From positions 1-64,000 of the forward strand of contig JBFXJJ010000004.1 of assembly GCA_050175015.1 (NCBI GenBank): a DNA stretch of 64,000 nt, written 5' to 3'. The notes under the pieces were generated by a model that was given only the letters and a program-made list of their open reading frames with translations, was not told the DNA's origin and made no database searches. This DNA is from Alphaproteobacteria bacterium (lineage in GTDB: Bacteria; Pseudomonadota; Alphaproteobacteria; JBFXJJ01). Shown here piece by piece: positions 56,737 through 64,000 of this stretch. Numbering within the stretch: the first letter of the stretch is position 1; every line of letters starts with the position of its first letter. The translations under genes and the position numbers were made by a program.

Positions 56737-58320
56737 TTAGAATGATGAACAACCTGTATCAATACCCATTCCTTCTAAAAGAGCAATTACTTGAGCGTCT
56801 AATTGAGCATCAAATTCTAAACTTTCTAAACGTTCTTGTAAATTAGTTAAAATAGCCTCTTTTATTTCGTCAGCAGAATCATCAGCAATGTTATCTGTAA
56901 TGCTGAGCATAGCTTCAGTATCAGCACCAAGTGCACTAAAGATTGATTCCACAACATTTGCCCTGCTCTCAACAACATCATCTATAGTGCTGTCAAGAAC
57001 GCCTGTAGCATTAGATGCAATTTCATCGTCAATATTTGTAAGCATATCTTCAACTGAAGCCAAGCTAGCTTCTTTATATGCCTTCAAAGCAGCAACAGCT
57101 TCTTCAAATTTAGTTGCATCAATAACTTCTAAACCACTAGAAATGTTATTATAGCCAAATTTTGAAAGTTCAGCCTTAAGTGTAACATCTAGTTCAGCAA
57201 GTGCTTTTTCGGCATTATCTCTAACTTCATGAAGCATCATTTCCTGTTTTCTAAGCTTCATCCATTTACTAATGCGATTTTCATCTAAGCAGTTATTAGA
57301 ATTATTTTCACAAACCTTATAATCATTCCTATTAGAACTTACGCTGAGTTTAACATCTTGATCAACAAGAATATCACTTGAATCATAATTCTTGCTTAAA
57401 TCATAAATTTGACCAAACTCACCCTTGTCCTCAAGCTTAGTGTACTCACCATAAAGTTTTTCACCTGTGGCAAGATTAAAATAAAGCGTCCAAGTATCAG
57501 GCATACCAGAATAAGGTGTTAAACTAGCATTGTTTTCATAAGGTTCAAAATAAACAAACTCCTTATATGGAGGCAACGGTGTTGTCAGAACTTTTTCTTG
57601 GTTAATCCCCGTAGTAGCTCCGCAACTAGCTGTCTTAGTTGGGTGACCAAACTCATCATAATCATAATAAGGGTCTTTTTTACACTTACTATATTGATCA
57701 TAAAGTTCTTGTTGATCTTCCCATAATGGGAATTTATTTTTTACATCTCCCCACTTGCTTTGATCGGCATACAAATCTACTAATAAATCTTTGCCAACAT
57801 TCCAAAACAAACGATCATGTTCTTTCATTTCTGCATCGGTAGCAGTACCTGCATCATAATCCATTTTGGCAAGTTCTTGATTGTATTTTTTTATCGCCTG
57901 CCCTGTAAGTCCGCCTCTTAATGCATATTCATTAGCTTCTGCACCGTCCATATTTTTACCATACCAAACTTCATCAGGATTAGAATAATATGTAGAAAGG
58001 CGAGCAATAGAACAAGCATCATTTAGCCTTAAGGCTTCTAGTGCAGCATTGTGTTCCTCAATGTTCTGTTGGTATCTTTCGATAAGAGCAACATCATCAT
58101 ACAATGTATTAAGCGTATTGTGAGCTTCCATTGCATCTTGAATTGTTTCTCTTGCCTCTGTGATATAATCTAAAACATTGGCTTTCTCTGGATTAGTAGC
58201 AACCTCTTTGGCTGTAACAAAAGAGAACCCGCTACTTGAGGCAGCTTCAATATTTTTAGCTGGAATAGAAATAGCTGTTATCAATGCTACTGTTAAAAAT
58301 AATCGATTTTTATACCACAT
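56737..58320 (-). CDS. Secreted acidic, largely helical hypothetical protein of the T4SS locus
   Basis: Signal peptide ending IEA, SD AAGGA, long ORF co-oriented within the locus; no recognisable family motif. Confidence 0.75.
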   Translation of the reverse strand: MWYKNRLFLTVALITAISIPAKNIEAASSSGFSFVTAKEVATNPEKANVLDYITEARETIQDAMEAHNTLNTLYDDVALIERYQQNIEEHNAALEALRLNDACSIARLSTYYSNPDEVWYGKNMDGAEANEYALRGGLTGQAIKKYNQELAKMDYDAGTATDAEMKEHDRLFWNVGKDLLVDLYADQSKWGDVKNKFPLWEDQQELYDQYSKCKKDPYYDYDEFGHPTKTASCGATTGINQEKVLTTPLPPYKEFVYFEPYENNASLTPYSGMPDTWTLYFNLATGEKLYGEYTKLEDKGEFGQIYDLSKNYDSSDILVDQDVKLSVSSNRNDYKVCENNSNNCLDENRISKWMKLRKQEMMLHEVRDNAEKALAELDVTLKAELSKFGYNNISSGLEVIDATKFEEAVAALKAYKEASLASVEDMLTNIDDEIASNATGVLDSTIDDVVESRANVVESIFSALGADTEAMLSITDNIADDSADEIKEAILTNLQERLESLEFDAQLDAQVIALLEGMGIDTGCSSF

Positions 58321-58349
58321 TTCCTTAGCTCCTTAAAAGTAATCCATAA

Positions 58350-59159
58350 TTATTGAAGCGACTGCAAAACTGGCGCATCTGACGGATTAGAATTCAACAA
58401 CATTTTCTTAAATGACTCACGACGTTGTTTTATAGCTTCCAACTCATTTTTCTGTGTTAAAACCTTGTTTAAAAGAGCTTTTGCTAAAACATTGGTTTTA
58501 GTAATCGTATTTAAATCGGCAGCTTCATCTATCTGTTCAACAAGAGCATCTATCTGATCTCTAGTATTATCCAAGTCTTTTTGAATAATAGCCAACCTAG
58601 AAAAGATACTAATAGCATCAACTTGGCTCGTTTGCTGTCTCATTAGCATTTGATGAGAAACTTCATCAAGAGTGCCAGAAATTTTTGTTGTGAAACTACC
58701 TTCAACAGCAGAACCGACACTAAGAGGATCCTCTAAATCAATGCTTGAACCACTTGATTTCAAACCGCTAATAGTAGCACTAAAAGCACTATCAGAAGAA
58801 ACACTACTCTTCAAAAGAGAAAGTTCTGGTACGCCTGTGATTTCCTCATTGTCGCCCATAACACCTTTTCTTAAATAAGTATTATAATCTGAAACTTTCT
58901 TTTCTAAATCGTTGTCTCTCTCATCAGCAAGATCTGTTCTCTTTTTGGCTGTATTTATAGCTTTTGTTTCTTTAAAGTCTAAAGGCTTATTGGCCTCCAG
59001 AGCCATACAAAACTGACAACAAATACAAGCGCATGATGTACAGGGGTATGGGCAACAGCACCATATTACTATACACAAATTACAAGCGAACGAACTTTTC
59101 AATGGTATTGATACCATCATTAAAAGTGCTGCTAAAAAACTTAACATTTTGCGACGCAT
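58350..59159 (-). CDS. Secreted VirB5-like protein with a Cys-rich N-terminal cap
   Basis: Signal ending SFA, then CNLCIVIWCCCPYPCTSCACICCQFC; C-terminal RDQIDALVEQIDEAADLNTITKTN resembles the VirB5 helix-loop-helix. Start uncertain (59195, 59159 or 59147). Confidence 0.6.
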   Translation of the reverse strand: MRRKMLSFLAALLMMVSIPLKSSFACNLCIVIWCCCPYPCTSCACICCQFCMALEANKPLDFKETKAINTAKKRTDLADERDNDLEKKVSDYNTYLRKGVMGDNEEITGVPELSLLKSSVSSDSAFSATISGLKSSGSSIDLEDPLSVGSAVEGSFTTKISGTLDEVSHQMLMRQQTSQVDAISIFSRLAIIQKDLDNTRDQIDALVEQIDEAADLNTITKTNVLAKALLNKVLTQKNELEAIKQRRESFKKMLLNSNPSDAPVLQSLQ

Positions 59160-59210
59160 GGCTTTGCTCCAATAAACTTTGTTTAACTTTTTCAAAATAA
59201 ACTTTTACTA

Positions 59211-60695
59211 CTATTTCCAGAAATTAAACGTATCTTTCTTAATCAACTTATCAGCATAACTGTCAACATCAGTATCTTTTAACGCATTTCCAGTTACATC
59301 AGAATCTTTTACACTCTGAACTTTTTCACCCAAAGCGTCACCTAATCTAAGCGGCATTTCAGATATATCCCTGAGCATTGCTGTTCTAATTTCCTGCGTT
59401 TCTAATTCAACAAGACTTAAAAGAATTTCTGTTTGAATTATAACGGCAACAGAGTTAGCTCTCCAAGCTTCGGCTAAACTTATCACAGGACCGTCGCCGC
59501 TACTTGAAGAAGATGAACCTCCTGAACTACCAGAACCTGAACTGCTATTGTTTCTATCTTCAATTTCGCTAGCATCAATCTCACCCAATGGATCAATCTT
59601 TTTACCATTTTCATGGAGTTCCAAGTGAAGGTGGGCACCAGTTGACATACCTGTATGTCCAACCTGACCGATAACCTGTCCTTTGGAGACCTTTTGACCA
59701 GGACTTACACCAACACTATTCATATGAGCGTAAAGTGTTGAATAACCATTGGCGTGCTTGATTTCAACGCGGTTACCATAACCACCACCACAACTACGAT
59801 TACCTTCAACACACCCAGTAACAACAGTTCCAACGGTTCCATCACCCGCAGCGTGAAGATCAGTACCTTTTGCTGCTGCAATATCAATACCACCATGGTT
59901 ACTTTGTTTTCCTGTTACAGGGTGAACACGAGGACCAAATTTAGATGAAATACGACCACTACAAACACCAAGAATATCTAAATCTAAATCTTTTTTCTCT
60001 TCATCAGCCTCTTCTTCTGGTTCTTCCTCTTTCTCTTCTTGTGTTTCTTGCTTAGATGCTGTCGTTACCGTAGCATCAGATGGAATTTTCAAGTATTCAT
60101 CAAGAACTTTATTAATTTTATCTGTAAAAACGCCATCAGCCACAGCCTTTTTGGCTCTAAGGGCTTCAGCATAAAGAATTGATAAATTAGTTTTATATAA
60201 ATCTTGCCTTTTTGAGAAAAGTCCCTGAACCAATTCTCCAGACATAGCACCGCTTGAGTTAATAAAGATATCACTATTACCAGTTACAAACCCCGCAACA
60301 CTATCAATCGAACCAGAACCTTCTTCTGAAAGCATACTGTTAAGTTCTTCGGTCTTAGCATCTGATAAAAATGGTTTACCGCCTATTTTACCTAAACCTT
60401 TGCCGAGTTTTTCATGATCACCCAACAAATTACGATCAGATGTCTTATCTAGGATTTCCTGCCAATTATCTCCTATTTTAGCTTTTAATAAAGCATCTAG
60501 GGATTCTATCTCGCTAGAAATCTGCTTATTTAATTCTTTATCGGCCTCAAGGTTTTCTTGTCTAGCGCTATCTCTTGCACAATCAGGACCGCTCCAAGCC
60601 TTTGCTTCTTCTGAATAGGCAAAAGCAAAAGTCAAAAGAACTAAATATATAGTTTTAATAATATACTTTGTCATAAAATTCATGTCCTTTTCCAA
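59211..60695 (-). CDS. Secreted VirB5-like protein with an inserted M23 metallopeptidase domain
   Basis: Signal ending AKA; M23 motifs ISSKFGPRVHPV, HGGID, GYGN, YAHM, STGAHLH and IDP, flanked by acidic and Ser/Gly linkers. M23 call is strong; VirB5 call is inferred. Confidence 0.75.
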   Translation of the reverse strand: MEKDMNFMTKYIIKTIYLVLLTFAFAYSEEAKAWSGPDCARDSARQENLEADKELNKQISSEIESLDALLKAKIGDNWQEILDKTSDRNLLGDHEKLGKGLGKIGGKPFLSDAKTEELNSMLSEEGSGSIDSVAGFVTGNSDIFINSSGAMSGELVQGLFSKRQDLYKTNLSILYAEALRAKKAVADGVFTDKINKVLDEYLKIPSDATVTTASKQETQEEKEEEPEEEADEEKKDLDLDILGVCSGRISSKFGPRVHPVTGKQSNHGGIDIAAAKGTDLHAAGDGTVGTVVTGCVEGNRSCGGGYGNRVEIKHANGYSTLYAHMNSVGVSPGQKVSKGQVIGQVGHTGMSTGAHLHLELHENGKKIDPLGEIDASEIEDRNNSSSGSGSSGGSSSSSSGDGPVISLAEAWRANSVAVIIQTEILLSLVELETQEIRTAMLRDISEMPLRLGDALGEKVQSVKDSDVTGNALKDTDVDSYADKLIKKDTFNFWK

Positions 60696-60710
60696 TTGTT
60701 ACCTTGAAGT

Positions 60711-61406
60711 CTATTCACTCTTTGTTGCCAAACTTTCAGGATCACTTGTAGCAACCAAAGATGAGAAGCCTGAACGTTCAGAATTGCCTGCCATCAAAAA
60801 GAGCTGAGCAACAAGCAGATTGTTATACATAAGATCTAATTTATTAGCGTGCTTTATTGTGCAATCGATTGTCTTACACTGATTAACTGCCTCGATAACC
60901 TTATCGATAGTTTCTTTCATTTTGTTATTATATTCAATAACAGAAACAACCTGACCATAAGACATCGAACTCATCAAATTTGACATTTGATTTTTCTTTT
61001 TAGAGGCTTCATTGTAATTAACTGAATTGCCTGAGTTAAAAATAACTTTAATATCGCTTATAAATTTTTCAGCTGCGGCATCTGGATCATCTGCCATCGA
61101 TGCAGCCGTGTCAGAAGTATCGCTAGGAACAATAGGTCTAAACAATTCTAACTTAAGTGTTGAAACATCATCAAAAAGACCATCTGAAGAAAATGTACCA
61201 TAAGTTTTCTCAATAAGCTTCATTTCATCAAGAGAGTTTTGTATCAAATCAGTCCTATCATATTCATACTTCTTTTCTTCATTAAGAGTATCTTGATCAT
61301 CTTGGTCGCTTATAAAGCCAAGAATTGCGGAGTGAGCCCTTGCTTCATTCGAGGCAATAGTTACCAAAGCCAAGATTGATAAAAATGAAAACAATCGTTT
61401 TAACAT
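60711..61406 (-). CDS. Secreted helical protein, VirB5-like paralog
   Basis: Signal ending ARA; C-terminal helices (KETIDKVIEAVNQCKTIDCTIKHAN) align by eye with neighbouring genes. Confidence 0.6.
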   Translation of the reverse strand: MLKRLFSFLSILALVTIASNEARAHSAILGFISDQDDQDTLNEEKKYEYDRTDLIQNSLDEMKLIEKTYGTFSSDGLFDDVSTLKLELFRPIVPSDTSDTAASMADDPDAAAEKFISDIKVIFNSGNSVNYNEASKKKNQMSNLMSSMSYGQVVSVIEYNNKMKETIDKVIEAVNQCKTIDCTIKHANKLDLMYNNLLVAQLFLMAGNSERSGFSSLVATSDPESLATKSE

Positions 61407-61442
61407 AATCGAAATCCCTTTCTTAGTAAAATTTTGCCTCTA

Positions 61443-63248
61443 TTACTTCTTATTAACTTCCCACTCTAACGCACCTTCTCTAATGATAACAGCGGTTGAA
61501 ACTTCTAAATAATTAGTATAAATTTCAAGCATCTGTTTAGCATAAAGAGTATTACTTAGCGCCAAGAGGTTACCATTAGCTAAATCATCTCTAATTGTAG
61601 ACGAAGTAGAAATTGTCTTTTTTAAGTCCTCTGATGTTTTGAGAACCTGTTTAGCCGTAGATCTAACAGCAATAGCTCCACTAAAGGCCTCACTAGTTGC
61701 ACCTTCGAGTAAAACTCTAGCATCTTCCACGTTTTCTTTATATTGTTTTGCAGTGAGATCTTCACTTCTCTTTAAGAAACTTTCCACTTTTGATTTAACG
61801 GTATCAGCATTTTCATAACTATCTTTGCTTATACCCCATTTCTTGAGCGTATCATTGTCCTTAATTGTCTTAGCTACACCTTTGAAATTGCCTTCCATTG
61901 AGTTTTTCAAATAATCAAAAGTTGACTTTCCTGGAGTGCCTATTTTGTTATAGGTGCTTTCTAACATATCATTAATTTCGACATATTTTTTAATCTGCTG
62001 CACACCATTTTTGACGATATCGGTAGTTGTCGAAACAGCTTTGGTATCGGTAACAGGATAGTTACAAGGAGCACAACCGCCACCACCGCCGCCAGCAGAA
62101 GAAAGTCCGCTGCTAACACTAGATGTAACACCAGAAGCTAAAGAACTAACATCCGCTACACTACTCAAACTATCTGTTAAGTTGCTGACATCGGCTAAAC
62201 TGCTTAAATCGGCACTTCCCATTAAATCTGACAATGAACCAAGATCAGCTATACTGCTTAAAGCTCCAGTATCAACCAAATCTTTTAAAGCTCCCATATC
62301 TGCCAAATCTTTCAACGCACCAAGATCTGCAATATCCTTAAGAGCGCTAAGATCCGTCAAATCTTTTAAAGCTCCAAGATCTGTTAAATCTTTTAAAACA
62401 CTCAAATCAGCCAAATCAGTTAGATTACCAAGATTAGCAAGATCTGTAATTGAACTTAAATCTGCCAAATCTTTTAAACTACCAATATCAACCAAATCCG
62501 TTAATGTACTTAAATCACCCAAATCTTTGAGAACACCCAAGTTGGTTAAATCAGTCAATGAACTTAAATCAACCATACTTGTTAAAGAGCTTAAATCTGT
62601 GAGTTTAGAAAGAGAATCTGTATCTAACAAACTAGTTAATGAACCAAGGGCTGCCAAATCTTTCAGACCTCCCAAGTCACCGATGTTAGCCAAAGAGCTC
62701 AAACTTGCTATTGAAGATAAATCTTTTAAAGAACTTGTTAGATTTTCAATATTAGCAATATTTTTTATTGAATCTAATCCACTAGTAAGGGCTCCAATAT
62801 CTGCCAATTTGGTTAAAGAGTCCAAACCTGCGATATCGCTCAAGGAACTTATATTTGTTAAGTCCGATAAAGAACCGACATCAACCAATTTTGTTATTGA
62901 ACTCAAATCTGACAAGTTTGATAAAGAGCTTATGCTTTCCAAGACACCGGTGTTAGTTAAGTCAGTGATGTCTTTTATAACCCCTAAATCAGCCAATTTA
63001 GATAAATCATCTAAAGAGCCTGCATCGGCAATCTTCTGCAAAGCTTCAAGATCAACGTTTGACAAAGACTTGCTATCAAGCCCCATACTTGATAATGTGC
63101 TTTCTAATTCACTGCTGACTGCTGTTTGAGCGGTGCTTTTAGCTGAACTAGCTACATTTGATAAAACACTATCTACGTTAGCTTTTGGTGATACAAAAAC
63201 TAAAAATGTAAAAAGCATTAATGTAGGAACAAAAAATTTTACTTTCAT
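61443..63248 (-). CDS. Secreted protein with a 9-aa Asp/Leu/Ser repeat stalk and C-terminal VirB5/TrbJ-like domain
   Basis: Start at ATG 63248 after AAGGG; signal peptide; DLGALKDLT-type repeats; poly-Gly linker, CAPC, PVTD and a helical C-terminus. Confidence 0.7.
   Translation of the reverse strand: MKVKFFVPTLMLFTFLVFVSPKANVDSVLSNVASSAKSTAQTAVSSELESTLSSMGLDSKSLSNVDLEALQKIADAGSLDDLSKLADLGVIKDITDLTNTGVLESISSLSNLSDLSSITKLVDVGSLSDLTNISSLSDIAGLDSLTKLADIGALTSGLDSIKNIANIENLTSSLKDLSSIASLSSLANIGDLGGLKDLAALGSLTSLLDTDSLSKLTDLSSLTSMVDLSSLTDLTNLGVLKDLGDLSTLTDLVDIGSLKDLADLSSITDLANLGNLTDLADLSVLKDLTDLGALKDLTDLSALKDIADLGALKDLADMGALKDLVDTGALSSIADLGSLSDLMGSADLSSLADVSNLTDSLSSVADVSSLASGVTSSVSSGLSSAGGGGGGCAPCNYPVTDTKAVSTTTDIVKNGVQQIKKYVEINDMLESTYNKIGTPGKSTFDYLKNSMEGNFKGVAKTIKDNDTLKKWGISKDSYENADTVKSKVESFLKRSEDLTAKQYKENVEDARVLLEGATSEAFSGAIAVRSTAKQVLKTSEDLKKTISTSSTIRDDLANGNLLALSNTLYAKQMLEIYTNYLEVSTAVIIREGALEWEVNKK
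62150..63070 (-). repeat. 27-nt / 9-aa coding tandem repeat
   Basis: DLSVLKDLT DLGALKDLT DLSALKDIA DLGALKDLA DMGALKDLV; degenerate toward both ends; boundaries approximate. Confidence 0.85.
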
Positions 63249-63564
63249 GGAAAAGCCCTTATAAAAAATTTTATACTTCAATTTAATACTTTACTTCTTA
63301 TTATATTATCAAAAAAACATATATAATGCGAATTAATTTATATTAAACTTATATTAATTTTTTAACTAAAATTTTATCTTATTATATTTAATTTTTAAAA
63401 AAATCTTTGTTAAACAGATGGTTATGGCCATAAAAAACAACAATAATACGGCTTATTTCTTTAATATAATTCACATAAAAAAACCCATTTGGAGTTCTTT
63501 AATTAAGAATCCTAATAGGCTTTTCTATGTTTTTGATTATTTTAAAAGTAAAAAATTGCTTTAA

Positions 63565-63858
63565 TTAAGCTTCTTTACGATTCGCCACTTTTTCAATTCT
63601 ACGTCTAATGCGTCTTGCTTCTTCAGTTAATTTGCTTTTTGATGTAGAAAGCAAGAAAGCATCAATTCCACCCTTGTGTTCAATGGTGCGTAAAGTGCTT
63701 GAACAAATACGCATAGAAATCGTTGTTTGCAGAGTTTCACTTAAAAGTGAAACATTTTGAAGATTTGGTAAAAATCTACGACGAGTTTTATTGTTAGCGT
63801 GGCTAACATTATTTCCTGTCATAACTCCCTTACCTGTTAATGTACAGCGCTTTGCCAT
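63565..63858 (-). CDS. rpmB: 50S ribosomal protein L28
   Basis: MAKRCTLTGKGVMTGNNVSHANNKTRRRFLPNLQ; long alphaproteobacterial form; SD AAGGA. Confidence 0.97.
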   Translation of the reverse strand: MAKRCTLTGKGVMTGNNVSHANNKTRRRFLPNLQNVSLLSETLQTTISMRICSSTLRTIEHKGGIDAFLLSTSKSKLTEEARRIRRRIEKVANRKEA

Positions 63859-64000
63859 ATCCTTGTCCTTTCGTTAATGCCTCATATTTTATTGCCGCAT
63901 AAATAATATGCCGAGAAAATCTCTCAATAAAGCGATATATTTAAGTCTTTTTGCCATATTCCGTCAAGCAAAAAAAATCTTAAATACTAACTTTATACGT

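Noticed and set aside
62182-63129. 315-aa + strand ORF with KSFKAPRS repeats
   Set aside because: Antisense shadow of the 9-aa D/L/S repeat; no SD, and the minus-strand gene has a signal peptide and operon context.
42429-63248. T4SS locus as an ICE or integrated plasmid
   Set aside because: No integrase, relaxase, coupling protein, tRNA target or flanking direct repeats are seen, and it is bordered by core genes. This cannot be fully excluded without the rest of the genome.

Overview
This is an AT-rich (roughly one-third GC by eye) chromosomal segment of a probably anaerobic or fermentative alphaproteobacterium. The assignment rests on the rne-amiC-mrcA-prfB gene order, the RNase E C-terminal GWW motif and an alpha-type L28. 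The first ~42 kb is mostly housekeeping and anaerobic metabolism: a trimeric [FeFe]-hydrogenase hydCBA whose HydB lacks the C-terminal ferredoxin module, argGH, rne, amiC, mrcA, frameshifted prfB, pepA, the AmmeMemoRadiSam trio plus sua5, pepN with a Lys-rich tail, an Fe-ADH, a MIF homolog, a DASS transporter, a split class III RNR with three NrdR boxes, a GlgM-type glycosyltransferase with a GalT-like partner, mlaAC, an ABC exporter, a photolyase and an AnsA-type asparaginase. The stand-out feature is a ~21 kb minus-strand locus (42429-63248) encoding a highly modified type IVA secretion system. Its core order (virB8-virB7-virB8-virB9-[giant]-virB10-virB11) resembles the Rickettsiales rvh locus. 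It adds a SPOR-fused VirB9, two giant proteins built from ~17-aa DGxVVDxxGxVIGxVLP beta-repeats (one membrane-anchored, one fused to the VirB10 domain), and an upstream array of secreted VirB5-like paralogs. Three of these paralogs carry different cargo modules: an M23 peptidoglycan peptidase, a Cys-rich cap and a 9-aa repeat stalk. No rRNA, tRNA, CRISPR array, transposase, integrase or relaxase was recognised. All calls come from motif recognition by eye; no database searches were run.
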